This document shows positions 43,860 through 57,438 of a DNA stretch of 64,000 bases, piece by piece. This stretch comes from Anolis carolinensis (lineage: Eukaryota), in NCBI RefSeq assembly GCF_035594765.1, contig NC_085844.1, positions 256,118,812-256,182,811 of the forward strand. The letters are read 5' to 3'. The notes under the pieces are model-generated. The model saw only the letters and a program-made list of their open reading frames with translations, did not search any database and was not told where the DNA came from. The first letter of the stretch is position 1. The number at the start of each line of letters is the position of its first letter. The position numbers and the translations under genes are program-made.

Positions 43860-46800
43860 AATTCATTAATTACTGATAACCATGGGGACATCTGCAGCAG
43901 ATAAGGTATTGCAAAACCCAAAGGGGACAATCTGGAACAGAAATTTGATATATTAATGGACATTATACAGGGAATGGAATCTTCCATCCATGAATTATCT
44001 GCTGAGGTCTGGGAATCTCAAGCTAAAATGACTGAAATTTAAACAAGAACAGAATGTAGTGAGAAAAGAATTGGAGAATTGGAACAGGAGAATTTCTTTA
44101 AAGCCAAAACAGTTGACTTGGAGAACAGATCAACACACCGAAACTGAAGATTATATGGATGGCCCGACATGCCAAAAATGGTGGGTTAAGTAACGCCAAA
44201 ATTTGAATACTGGTGGGGTTGGGGGGGATTAGTTTTGTCATTTGGGAGTTGTGGTTGCTGGGATATATAGTTCACCTACAATCAAAGAGCATTCTGAACT
44301 CCCCCAACGATGGAATTGAACCAAACGTGACACACAGAAATCCCATGACCAACAGAAAATACTGGATGGGTTTGGTGGGCAGTGACCTTGAGTTTTGGAG
44401 TTGTAGTTCACCTTTATCAAGAAAGCACTGTGGACTCGAACAATGATGAATCTAGACCAACCTTGCACAAATACTCATTATGCCAAAATTTGAACACTGG
44501 TGGAGTTTGGGGATAATAGATCTTGCCATTTGGGAGTTGTAGTTGGTGGGCTGCTCTATATGCAGAAGGATATAGAGAGATCAGAAGGATTACTCAATTA
44601 AAAAATCAGCTCCTCACCATGCCCCCAATGGGCTTGCTACAAATTTTATAAAATTTTCCAAGAGGAAGTAATCCCTGATTTACTAATCTTATATAACAAA
44701 ATTATGGAAAATAAACAATCCCAGAGATATGGAAAAAATCAGAAATTAATAAGAATTTTAAAACCAAATAAGGAGGAACATGATCCTAACTCTTATAGAC
44801 CAATTACTCTATGCAGTGTGGATTGTAAAATATTTACAAAAAATATAGCAAATAGGTTGGAACAGATAATGCCCACTTTAATTGAGGAAGACCAGTCCAG
44901 ATTTATTAAATAAAGAATGATTGCTGGCCCAATCAGAAATATTTTAAATGTAATTGACCACGCAACAAGAAAGAAAGCAGATTTACTCCTAATAAAATTC
45001 AATGTTTACAAAGCATTTGATATGATAAATCATAACAACTTAGTCAAATTATGTGAGGACTGTAATTTGGGGATAACAATGTGTGGAGTAATTAAAGAAT
45101 TATGCAAAGAAAACCAAGTGGAAATAATAGTAAATGGATCTAATTCCAGAATCATTCATATCAAAAGTGGGACCAAACAAGTCTGCCCTCTCTCCCCACT
45201 ACTCTTTGGTCTAGTGATAGAACCCTTAACTAACCTAATTAGGTCAGACAAAAATATAAAAGGACTAGCTGTGCCTGGCCACGCGTTGCTGTGGCATAGT
45301 CCTAAGTGGGTTTTTATTTGTGGAAGCAAGTATGACTGTTGTAATTAGTCACCTCGATTAGCATTGAATTGTCTTGCAGCTTCAAAGCCTGGTTGTTTCC
45401 TCCTTGGGGACTCCTTTGTTGGGAGGTGTTAGCTGGCCCTGATTGTTTCCTGTCTGGAATTCCCCTGTTTTCAGAGTGTGGTTCTTTATTTCCTGTCCTG
45501 ATTTTACAGATTATAGTGTTCTGTATTATTATACCACTGTAATTTTATATATTATATTTATATTTTTTGTATGATTTGCTTAGAACTGGATTATATGTGG
45601 CCCCTTCTACACAACTGTATACAATGCACACTGAACTGGATTATATGGCAGTGGGGACTCAAGATAATCCAGTTCAAAGCAGATACTGTGGATTATCTGC
45701 CTTGGCATTCTGGGTTATATAGCTGTGTGGAAGGGCCTTGAATCTACACTGCCATATAATCCAGTTCAAATCAGATAATCTGTATGTTATATGCAGTGTG
45801 GAAGAGGCCTAAGTGAGGCCTAACTCTGCCTGTCCCCTGGGCTGAGTGGGTTGCTAGGAGACCAAGTGGGCGGAGCTTAGCCTTCTAACTGGCAGCAATT
45901 GGATAAAAACAATTATTCCTCTCCCTCTAATTAGGACTCTATTTTTCTTTTCTTTTTGTTGTATGAACAATGTTGTATGTTGCATGGATGAGGGGTTGTG
46001 CTGCCAAGTTTAGTGTTTCTGGGATGTGTAGTTTTGTTGTTTTGTCCTAGGCCGAAATTTCATTTCCCTTGTATATACAGTAGAGTCTCAATTATCCAAC
46101 ACTCACTTACCCAACGTTCTGGATTATCCAACGCATTTTTGTAGTCAATGTTTTCAAAATGTTGTGATATTTTGGTGCTAAATTCGTAAATACAGTAATT
46201 ACTACATAGCATTACTGTGTATTGAACTACTTTTTCTGTCAAATTTGTTGTATAACATGATGTTTTGGTGCTTAATTTGTAAAATTGTAACCTAATTTGA
46301 TGTTTAATAGGCTTTTCCTTAATCCCTCTTATTATCCAACATATTCACTTATCCAACGTTCTGCCGGCCCGTTTATGTTGGATAAGTGAGACTCTACTGT
46401 ATATAGATATAAGATAGAGAAGAAATAAAAATTTATATGTAGATGATGCAGTAGTCCTTATAGGTGAAATGGAGGACTCAGTTAAGGCGGGAACAAAAGT
46501 AACTTAAAAAATGTGAAAAGATTTCAGGCCTTGCCATTAATATTTAAAAATCAGAAATTTTACATAAAACCCTGAATTAGAAGGAGTTAAAAGAAGCTCA
46601 ATCTGTCCTAGGTGAGAAACCAGGGAAAAAGAAGTTAAAATACCTAGGCGTATTTTAAAATCTAAATATAATTCAGATAAACTATAACCAATTATGGGGG
46701 AAAGGAAGTAAACAAATCAACAAGTGGGGGAAAAGGAATTGGGACATTACAACTAGGCTGAAGGCATCAAAATGATATTACCTAAATTTTTATACTTATT

Positions 46801-47160
46801 CCAAACCCTCCCATTTTGCATCCCACCTAAAACAATCAAAAAATGAGTCAATTCAATCAAAACGTGGAGAGTTGGCTCCAGTAAGAACAGAATCGCTATT
46901 TCAGTATTCTTTACTCCACAAGAAAGTGGAGCCTGGGGAGAACCTTGCCTCCAAAACTACTTTGAACCTTGCCAGTTGGCCAGGTTACTTGAACTGGACA
47001 TTGGCGAGCCCAAAAGATGGGCCAGATTAGAGAGTCTAATAAATGGATAAGAATTGTGTCTAATGGGGAAAATTGGGGGGGGGGATTAAAAAGGAGGTCA
47101 TTTGACCTCAACAATGACATGCTTGGAAAAATGATAAACTTCCAATGAATAAGATAGATA
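43860..47160 (+). mobile_element. Degenerate L1/Tx1-clade LINE with internal deletion and nested elements
   Basis: ORF1 relic (RIGELEQE...DLENRS); RT relics SYRPITLCSVDCKIF, KAFDMI, GTKQVCPLSPLLF, YVDD, KYLG; A-rich sense strand. Confidence 0.8.
45265..46407 (-). mobile_element. Helitron inserted in the L1 RT, with a nested mariner MITE (46078-46399)
   Basis: CTAG end at 45265 and TC(TA)n start at 46407; A|T target; the L1 frame rejoins (KNIKG|YKI). Confidence 0.82.
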
Positions 47161-47177
47161 TGTTCCCAGTAGGATCC

Positions 47178-47490
47178 AAAGGTAAAGGTTTGCCCTTGAT
47201 GTTAAGTCTAGTCGAGTCTGACTCTGGGGAGTGGTGCTCATCTCCATTTCTAAGCCGAAGAGCCGGCGTTGTCCATAGACACCTCCAAGGTAATGTGGCC
47301 GCTGGCATGACTGCATGGAGCGCCGTTACCTTCCCACCAGAGCGGTACCTATTGATCTATTCACATTTGTATGTTTTTGAAATGCTAGGTTGGCAGAAGC
47401 TGGGGCTAACAGCGGGAGCTCACACCTCTCTCCAGATTCAAACCTCCAACCTTTCAGTCAATAAGTTCAGCAGGTCAGTGATTTAACTCC
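47178..47490 (-). mobile_element. Sauria SINE
   Basis: Reverse complement of the 12008-12335 family. Confidence 0.85.
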
Positions 47491-48529
47491 ATGGGATGCT
47501 GGTCTCCTTCCGGGCTAAATACAAGGTGCTGGTCAGTACCTTTAAAGCCCAAAATGCCTTGGGTCCAGGCTACTTGACCGATCGCATCCCCTCTTACAAA
47601 CTAGCCCGGGTACTGCAGTCAACTAAAGACCTTCTTCTGGTCATTAGCATATGGAGATGAGGAGGAGGATTAATTCTGGATCCTGGTTGAGAACTACGCT
47701 GTGTCTGGGCTCTGATAGTCTACGTACTTCAGCCCAATTTCCCACCATAGGCCACATAATCCAACCCACACAACTGTGTTGAACTTCCGTTGGCTTTTGT
47801 AAATTACTGTGAACGTTTATTTAGATTTTATGTCACTATATAATTCTTGCCTGATTCCGTCAGAATGTATTGGTTTAGGTTATTGATGTTATATTCAGTC
47901 CAGTGATAATAGGTTTAATTGGATGCTAGGTTTTTAACGCTGTATTCATTTGTGGTGTCTTGTTGGGATTTTATGCCAAGATTTATCTGTTTTTTGAAGG
48001 CATCGAATGTATGCTGTTGTTTGTTGGAATCTGTCCCGAGTCCCTTCGGGGAGATAGAGAGGGCGAAAGAGAAATAAAGTCTTATTATTATAATAATGTA
48101 TCTCTTTCTGTCATTAATAAAACATTTCTACACCAGCCATAACCTTTGACACAGCCCGAACTGCGGACAAAATTCCTATGTCATCACAATGGACACATAC
48201 ATTACACAAAACTCCCCTTTTCCCCTGAGACATAGAATCACAGCATAAAATCCAAAGTGTATTCAGACACCGTCTTACTCCCTTGGTAAATCTCTTTAAC
48301 TCTCCTTTGGCCTTCGCTTCAGCCAAGGGGTCCTGGAACCTATCCCTCAAGGCCCTCAGGAAGTCATCCCCTCGCCCTGGTGTCCTACATCTGCATCAGC
48401 CAATCTGCAGCGGGGCTTTTTAAATTGGCCCCTACAGCACGGATCCTAACCCTTCCCGAAGGGAAATGATCACCATTGTCCTTTATAAAATGCCTCACGT
48501 TTGTTGCGAAGTAAGAGAGCTGCGTTGGG

Positions 48530-49275
48530 TCATAGGATCATAGAGTTGGAAGAGACCTCATGGGCCACCCAGTCCAACCCCTTTCTGCCAAGAAGCAGGA
48601 AATCGCATTCAAAGCACCCCCGACAGATGGCCATCCAGCCTCTGCTTAAAAGACTCCAAGGAAGGAGCCTCCACCACAGTCCGGGGCAGAGAGAGAGTTC
48701 CACTGCCGAACAGCCCTTCTCACAGTGAGGAAGTTCTTCCTGATGTTCAGGTGGAATCTCCTTTCCTGTAGTTTGAAGGCATTGCTCCATTGCGTCCTAG
48801 TCTGCAGGGCAGCAGAAAACAAGCTTGCTCCCTCCTCCCTAGGACTTCCCTTCACGTATTTATACATGGCCCTCATCATGTCTCCTCTCAGCCTTCTCTT
48901 CTGCAGGCTAAACATGCCCAGTTCTTTAAGCCTCTCCTCGTAGGGCTTGTTCTCCAGATCCTTGATCATTTTAGTTGCCCTCCTCTGAACACATTCCAGC
49001 TTGTCAACATCTCCCTCCAATTACATTGCCCAGAATGGGACACAATGTGATTCCAGGTGTGGTCTGACCAAGGCAGAATAGAGGGGAACATGACTTCCCT
49101 GGATGTAGACACTAGACTCCTATTTATGCAGGCAAAAGTCCCCTTGGCTTTTTGTTTGCTGTCGCATCACATTGTAGGCTCATGTTTAACTTCTTGTCCA
49201 CGAGGACTCCAAGATCTTTTTCACAAGAACTGCTGTCAAGTTAGGCATCGTCCCCCATTCTGTATCTTTGCATTT
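48530..49275 (-). mobile_element. CR1 LINE 3' fragment
   Basis: LECVQRRATKMI...YEERLKELGMFSLQKRRLRGD...FLTVR...WNSL; CR1-type 3' tail. Confidence 0.88.
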
Positions 49276-50029
49276 CATTAAACTTCATGTGTAGCTCTCC
49301 CCTGTCAGGAGTCACTTGCAACTGGCTTCTCACCAACAGTCCTTTCTGGTAAGCAGAAGTGCCTTGCTGCTTCGTGCCTTCCGCCGTATCTGCAAACACC
49401 ACTCGACCCGTCAGCCTGGATGCTGCTTCTCCCTGGGATCAGGCCTGTCTTTGATCTCTCTGCTCTGTGACGGCCATCCAGGATGCCACCACCTCCTTTC
49501 TCATCTCATTAAGCTGGAAAGAAAAGGTCTGCAGTATTCACTCCATCGGATTGACCTTCTCCAACCGTTTAGTTTCCGAGGGGGCCTCTCCCACAACTCC
49601 CGTTCCATCCATCTGGGGGGTCTTCTGTCCTACTGTTACTGTTGCACCCCAAGGCAGCGTGAGCACTGGAAACCAAAGAGACCAATAATCATATAATATC
49701 TTTATTAAAACAATAATAAATTCAGGAAAGAATAAGTGGAAAGGATGAGTGAGCAATAGTCCTTTATGATCTGGTATGAATTAGTCCAAAGAGTTGAAGA
49801 GCTATGTCCAATATTATTGTCCAAAGTCCAGAAACCGAAACATGCTCAAAACTGTTGGGAAGTTCTTGAGCGGGGAAACAACAAGAAAGCAGGAGTGAAT
49901 AACAAGGTCCAAAGTCACTAGGAAGTCTTGGATTTCAAGGCAGGAACAAGACAAAGCTAAAAGCAATCTGGATTCAGGAACAAGGCAAGGACGTGAATTT
50001 ACTCTGGTTTAAATCGGGAGTCACAACCT

Positions 50030-50336
50030 GAGAGTGGCTGAGTTTTTCCTGTTGTTTTTTGTCAATGCGACTGTCACCTGGGATGGCAACATCAATGATC
50101 CAAACCTTGTTCTTTTCCACAACTGTGATGTCTGGTGTGTTGTGTTCCAGAACTTTGTCAGTCTGGATTCGGAAGTCCCACAGTACCTTTGCGTGCTCAT
50201 TTTCCAAGACTTTTGCAGGTTTGTGATCCCACCAGTTCTTTTCTGCTGGGAGGTGGCACTTGAGGCATAAGTTCCAATGAATCATTTGGGCCACATAGTT
50301 GTGCCTCTGTTTGTAGTCTGTCTGTGCGATTTTCTT
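50030..50336 (-). mobile_element. Second R4/Dong fragment next to (TTA)n
   Basis: Near-identical to 35220-35515 (KVLWDFRIQTDKVLEHNTPD). Confidence 0.82.
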
Positions 50337-50427
50337 TTATTATTATTATTATTATTTGGGTTCAGGAACAAGGTTTCCCTCAAAGGGAAGGAATGGGGAT
50401 CTCAGGAACTAAAACATTAGGTTAACA

Positions 50428-51681
50428 CAGGGGTCCTCAAACTTTTAAAGCAGAGGGCCGGTCCACAATCCTTCAGACTGTTGAGGGGCCAAATTATCAT
50501 TTGGGGGGAAAAACCAAACAAATCCCTATGCACACTGCACATATCTTATTTGTAGTGCAAAACAACAATAACAATGAAAGAACAATACAATATTTAAAAA
50601 TGAAAATAATTTTAACCAACATAAACCTATCAGGATTTCAATAGGAAGTGTGGGCCTGCTTCTGGCCAATGAGATAGTCAGGTTAATTAGGGTTGTTGTT
50701 GTTGTTGTGTGACTTCAAGTCATTTCAGACTTTGGGCAAGCCTAAGTCCAAAATTATTTATTTATTCATTTACTACATTTATTTACTACATTTATATCCC
50801 ACCCTTCTCACCCTGAAGGGAACTCAGAGCAGCTGTATGTACACACAATATATTATATTATTAGCATAGCACAATATTAGCATTATACTATATTGAACTA
50901 TACCACTATACTGTAATATATATATTATGCAATATATACCATATAATTAATATTATTATATGGTATTATTGTTAGTATTATATTGTATAAAATGATAATA
51001 TTCTTATCAGTATTATATGTACATACAATATATTATATTATTAGCATAGCACAATATTAGCATTATACTATATTGAACTATACCACTATACTGTAATATA
51101 TATATTATGCAATATACAATATATAATTAATATTATTATATGGTATTATTGTTAGTATTATATTGTATAAAATGATAATATTCTTATCAATATTATATGT
51201 ACATACAATATATTATATTATTAGCATAGCACAATATTAGCATTATACTATATTGAACTATACCACTATACTGTAATATATATATTATGCAATATATACT
51301 ATATAATTAATATTATTATATGGTATTATTGTTAGCATTATATTGTATAAAATGATAATATTCTTATCAATATATGTACATACAATATATTATATTATTA
51401 GCATAGCACAATATTAGCATTATACTATATTGAACTATACCACTATACTGTAATATTATATATATTATGCAATATATAACATATAATTAATATTATTATA
51501 TGGTATTATTGTTAGTATTATATTGTATAGTATATTATTCTTATCAATATCATATGTATATACAATATATTATATTATTAAAACTGATATAAAAATATTA
51601 TATTATAAATGAGGGCGGGGGCCAGGTCAGTGACCTTGGAGGGCCGCATCCGGACCCCGGGCCTTAGTTTGGGGACCCCTG
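50428..51681. mobile_element. hAT MITE expanded by about four tandem copies of a 180-bp AT-rich unit
   Basis: TIRs; TSD GGTTAACA; unit repeats begin at about 50836, 51016, 51196 and 51372. Confidence 0.9.
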
Positions 51682-51839
51682 GGTTAACACAACATCTAGG
51701 CAAAATAGGAACACAGAGGAAAAAACATGGAGCGTTTAGGGCAAATGACATACAGGAGAGACGTAGTTTTCCCAAGTCCCTTTGACAAGCCAGGCCTCCC
51801 AGGAAGTCGTGGCCAGGGGTGGTCCGCCCTTGACTGTCA

Positions 51840-52690
51840 TGGCAGACTCACGGCGAGGAGGGGGGGAGGGAGGGAGGGGGGGAGGGGGGGCTGGAAGGCC
51901 CGTGGAAGGCCCCGCCCACCCACCCTCGCCAGCCGCCACTCGCGCCCCTCCCTCCCTCCCTCCTCCAAGAAGAAGCGCCCGCCCAAGCCCCGCCCCTCCC
52001 CTCTGAAAGAGCCCAAGGGGGGCCGCGGTGACGTCACTCCCCCTCCCTCCCTCCCTCCCTCCCTCCGCCTCTCTAGGGCGCTCTCTTCCCTCCCTCCCTC
52101 CGCCCCTCCTGCCCCGCCCCCTCCCTGCCGTCCTCCAATCCCAGCCGGAGGGAAGGAGGCAGGCAGCCAATGGGAGGCTCCGGTGGGAGGGGCCACTTCC
52201 CGGGCGCAGCCAATGGGAGGGCGCCGCCTGGCCGAAGACGGGAGGCGGTGAGGCGGGCCTCCTTTCGGGCGGGGCCTCGCCCTCCTCCGCCATTTTGGAG
52301 ACCAACGAGGACGGACGAGAGGAGCGGAGAGGAGGAGGAGGAGGAGGAGGAGGAGCGGCGCCTGAGGCCGAGAAGGCGAGAGAGAGAGAGAGAGTGAGTG
52401 CGAGCGAGGGGGCGGGGCTTGTTGGGAGGGAGGGGGAGGGGCCTGCCCCCCCTCCTCGGGGCCCCTCCCCCCTCCGGCGCCCGCGAGGCCTCCTGAGGGC
52501 CAGAAGGAAGGCTGCGGGGAATGCTGGGAGTTGTAGTCCAAGGCCTCCCTGTAGCTCATGGGCAGAGCGGACCCGAGAGGAAGCCGGGCCAGGCTCGGGG
52601 GAAGCGGGCACGGAAGCCGGGAGGGGAGTTTTCTCTCTCTCTCGCTCGCTCGCTCGCTCTCGGGGAACGGCGCGCGCCCATGATTCATTG
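51840..52690 (+). promoter_or_regulatory. CpG-island promoter / first exon of ZNF gene 3
   Basis: 51982-52690 is nearly identical to 27987-28689 (offset 23995), with the same CRE, CCAAT, YY1 and ZNF143-type motifs and donor-like GTGAGT at 52394. Confidence 0.75.
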
Positions 52691-52727
52691 TAGGCTTACT
52701 CTACTTGCTACAAATGTACCCCTTGAC

Positions 52728-54920
52728 CAGGGGTCCCCAAACTAAGGCCCGGGGTCCGGATGCGGCCCTCCAAGGTCATTGACCTGGCCCCCGCTCTCAT
52801 CTATATATATAAAATGATAAAGTTGTTTGCGCAGTGACTATAACAACAAAACTAAACATCCCAGAAATACGAAATTTGGCAACACAATGCAAAAGGCTTG
52901 CCTCCAGGTTACAACAACACAACCACACTACAAAACCACAATCCGGACCCACAAAACTCACAACAACACATCATGCGATAACAACACAACTAAACTCCCC
53001 AGAAATACAAAACTTGGCAACACAATGCAAAAGCCTTGCCTCCCAGTTGTAACAACACAACCACACCACAAAACCACACAGGACCCACAAAACTCACAAC
53101 AACGCATCGTGACTATAACAACACAACTAAACGCCCCAGAAATACGAAACTTGGCAACACAACGCAAAAGCCTTCCCTCCAGGTTGTAACAACAGAACCA
53201 CACCACAAAACCACAATCCGGACCCACAAAACTCACAACAATGCATCATGACTATAACAACACAACTAAATGTCCCAGAAATACGAAACTTGGCACACAA
53301 CTAAACACCCCAGAAATATAAAACTTGACAACACAATGCAAAAACCTTGCCTCCCGGTTGTAACAACACAACCACACCACAAAACCACAATCCGGACCCA
53401 CAAAACTCACAACAATGCATCGTGACTATAACAACACAACTAAACATCCCAGAAATACGAAACTTGGCACACAACTAAACGCCCCGGAAATATAAAACTA
53501 GACAACACAACGCAAAAATCTTGCCTCCCGGTTGTAACAACACAACCACACCACAAAACCACAATCCGGACCCACAGAACTCACAACAATGCATCGTGAC
53601 TATAACAACACAACTAAATGTCCCAGAAATACGAAACTTGGCACACAACTAAATGCCCCAGACATACAAAACTTGGCAACACAACACAAAAGCCTTTTCT
53701 CCCGGTTGTAACAACACAACCACACCACAAAACCACAATCCGGACCCACAAAACTCACAACAACGCATTGTGACTATAACAAATACAAAATCTGACAACA
53801 CAACTCATCCACCTCCCCAATCCCTACATTCACACTTGGCCTCCAAAAAAACAATTACAATAATAACAATGACAACAACAGCAATAAGAATCAACACCAT
53901 CACAGGCAAGAAACAGCCAGGCACTGAGGCTGAGAGGCCAGTCAGTGCTACACTGGGCCTCCAAAAAATACAGTAGCATCTAACTTATCCAACCTTCATG
54001 ACCACTACAACAACAATAATAATAAACACCTACACAGGCAAAACAAAAAAAGACTATTGTACCACAATAAAAATATAAACCGCACTCAGCAGAATCAGAC
54101 ATTACAATTAACAACAAACCAAAGACAACAGGGATCTCAAGCAATTATCAATCAACACAAAAATTGAAGAAGGTAACAGACTTCAAATACTACTACTAAT
54201 GTGAGTATAAAGAAGGTGGAGGTCACAGCATAAATACAACCTAATGTAGACTGACCAACACCACCAGACTAAGACACAGCAACGCGTGGCCGGGCACAGC
54301 TAGTTTATAATATAATATTTTTATATCAGTTTTAATAATATAATATTGTATATACATATAATATTGATAGAAATATTACAATGTAATACTAATAATAATA
54401 CCATATAATAATATTAATTATATGTTATATATTACATATAATATTACAGTATAGTGATATAGTTCAATATAGTAATATATAATGCTAATATTGTGCTATG
54501 CTAATAATATAATATATTGTATGTACATACAGCTGCTCTGAGTTCCCTTCAGGGTTAGAAGGGTGGGATATAAATGTAGTAAATAAATATAGTAAATGAA
54601 TAAATAAATAATTTTGGACTTAGGCTTGCCCAAAGTCTGAAATGACTTGAAGACACACAACAACAACAATCCTAATTAACCTGACTATCTCATTGGTCAG
54701 AAGTGGGCCCACACTTCCTATTGAAATCCTGATAGGTTTTTAAATATTTTTAAATTTTGTATTGTTCTTTCATTGTTATTGTTGTTTTGCACTACAAATA
54801 AGGTATGTGCAGTGTGCATAGGAATTTGTTCATATTCCCCCCCACAAATGATAATTCGGCCCCTCAACAGTCGGAAGGATTGTGGGCCGGCCCTCTGCTT
54901 TAAAAGTTTGAGGACCCCTG
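52728..54920. mobile_element. hAT MITE carrying a nested Helitron
   Basis: TIRs; TSD CCCTTGAC (52720-52727 and 54921-54928). Confidence 0.9.
52800..54303 (+). mobile_element. Non-autonomous Helitron with an internal AC-rich tandem array (about 52830-53790)
   Basis: A|TC(TA)n...gcaacgcgtggccgggcacagCTAG|T; removing it restores the hAT sequence ctca|tttataa. Confidence 0.88.
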
Positions 54921-54941
54921 CCCTTGACCTTTTATAAATTA

Positions 54942-56928
54942 CTAGCTGTGCCCAGCCACGGGTTGCTGTGGCGAAGTCTGCTGGTCTGGGAAATAAAGTA
55001 TTGAGGAATTGGTGGTAGTTAAGGTCAAGGGTAAAGGTTTTCCCCAGACATTAAGTCCAGTCGTGTCTTACTCTGGAGGTTGGTGCTCATCTCCATTTCT
55101 AAGCCGAAGAGCCGTCGTTGTCCGTAGACTCCTCCAAGGTCATGTGGGATGACTGCATGGAGCGGTGTTACTTTCCTGCCGGAGCAGTACCTATTGATGC
55201 ACTCACATTTGCATGTTTTCAAACTTCTGGGTTGGCAGAAGCTGGGGCTAACAGTGGGGGCTCTCTCCGCTCCCCCAATTCAAACCTGCGGCCTTTCGAT
55301 CCAGAAGTTCAGCAGCTCAACGCTTTAACATGCTGCACCATCAGGGGATATTATTTCCTAAAAGTTGTGAATATACCATATTTCTGATTTTTTTTTGTCT
55401 GTTGGAGGCAAGTACGAATGCTGCAATTAGGGAAAATGATTAGCATGTAATGGCCTTGCAGCTTTAAAGCCTGGCTGTTTCCTCCCTGAGTGAATTTTTT
55501 GTTGGGAGGTGTTAGCTGGCCCTGATTGTTTCCTGTCCGGAATTACCTTGTTTTCAGAGTGGTGTTGTTTGCAATATTTTATGTGCTTTTACTGTCTGTG
55601 GCCCTGAGAAAACTGAGGATTTGCCAGACTTTGGTGATGGGAACACTTTGTTGGGAAGTGTTAGCTGGCCCTGATTGTGTCCTGTCTGGAATTTCTGTTT
55701 TCAGAGTGTTGTTCTTTATTTAGTGTTCAGATTTTAGAGATTGTATTGTTCTGTTTTATTATACCACAGTAATTTTTATATATTCAGATTTTAGTGTTTT
55801 TGAATAGTTGGAGCCAGATTGTATTCATTTTCACAGTTCACAGCAACACAATAATAATAATAATAATGATAGTAATAATAATGACTTTGGTAATACACAG
55901 TGCTTCACTCCCTTCTCAGCTTCCTTTCTGGAAGAATCGTTTCTTGGAAGATGTTAGCTGGCCCTGATTGTTTCCTTTCTGGAATTTCCAATTTCCCCGC
56001 TTTCAGAGTGTTGTTCTTTATTTACTGTCCTAGTTTTAGAGATTATATTGTTCTGTATTATTCTCTCACAGTAATTATTTCATATTACAGTAGAATCTCA
56101 CTTATCCAACATTCGCTTATACAATGTTCTGGATTATCCAACGCTGTCTGCCTTTTAGTAGTCAGTGTTTTTGTAGTCAGTGTTTTAAATTCATTGTGAT
56201 ATTTTGGTGGTAAATTTGTAAATATAGTAATTACTACATAGCATTACTGTGCATGGAACTACTTTTTCTGTCAAATTTGTTGCATAACATTTTGTTTTGG
56301 TGCTTAATTTGTATAATGATGACCTAATTTGATGTTTAATCGGATTTTCCTGAATCCCTTCTTATTATCCAACATATTCACTTATCCAACCTTCTGCCGG
56401 CCTGTTTATGTTGGATAAGTGAGACTCTACTGTATATTGATAATGTTATATTCTTAGAACTGGATTATATGAGGCCCCTTCTACACAGCTGGATAAAATG
56501 CACACTGAAGTGGATTATATGGCAGTGTGGAGTCAAGATAATCCAGTTCAAAGCAGATAACATAAGATTATAAATGGGTTATATAGCAGTGTGGAAGGGC
56601 CTTGAGTCTACACTGCCATATAATCCAGTTCAAATCAGATAATTTGTATTTTGTAGGCGGTGTGGAAGAGGCCTGGTTGAAGAGGCCCTGAGTGGGTTGC
56701 TAGGAGACAAAGTGGGCAGAGCTTAGCCTTCTAACTGGCAGCAATGGGGGGAAAAACAGTTATTCCTCTCCCTCTAATTAGGACTTTATTTTTCTTGGGT
56801 TTTTTTTGATGTCAAAACACAGTCCGGGTGACCATGTCTTTTGTGGCCAAATTTCGTGTGTTTTGATTATTTCGTTTTGTTGTTTACCTTAAAGCAGAAA
56901 ATAACAGAACATTTTTATATATATAAGA
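54942..56928 (-). mobile_element. Helitron with a nested Sauria SINE (about 55019-55347) and mariner MITE (56088-56432)
   Basis: CTAG end at 54942, TC start at 56928; body homologous to 45265-46407. Confidence 0.8.
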
Positions 56929-57051
56929 TGATGTTTTAATCTGATTTTGTACTCCGATCAGATGTATTTGTATGAATTGTATATGTTGTACGGTGCTTTG
57001 ACCCCCACCCATGGGAGAAAAGTGGGATAGAAATTAATAATAATAATAATA

Positions 57052-57438
57052 CAGTAGAGTCTCACTTATGCAACACTTGCTTATCCAACGTTCTGGATTA
57101 TCCAACACATTTTTGTAGTCAATGTTTTCAATATATCGTGATATTTCGGTGCTAAATTTGTAAATACAGTAATTACAACATAACATTACTTCACTTCTTC
57201 ACTTCACTTCACTTTATTTCTTAATTAGTCGCTCTCCACCAGAGTGCTCAGATTACTGTGTATTGAACTACTTTTTCTGTTAAATTTGTTGTTAAACATG
57301 ATGTTTTGGTGCTTAATTTGTAAAATCATAACCTATTTTGATGTTTAATAGGCTTTTTCTTAATCTCTCATTATCCAACATATTCGCTTATCCAATGTTC
57401 TGCCGGCCCCTTTATGTTGAATAAGTGAGACTCTACTG
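57052..57438. mobile_element. Tc1/mariner MITE with an internal retro-insertion of about 60 bp
   Basis: TA-flanked TIRs; insert about 57191-57251 with a (TCACT)n tail between ATTACT repeats. Confidence 0.85.

Noticed and set aside
49303-50400. LTR plus gag-like relic on the minus strand
   Set aside because: Suggestive only; ends and TSD could not be defined.
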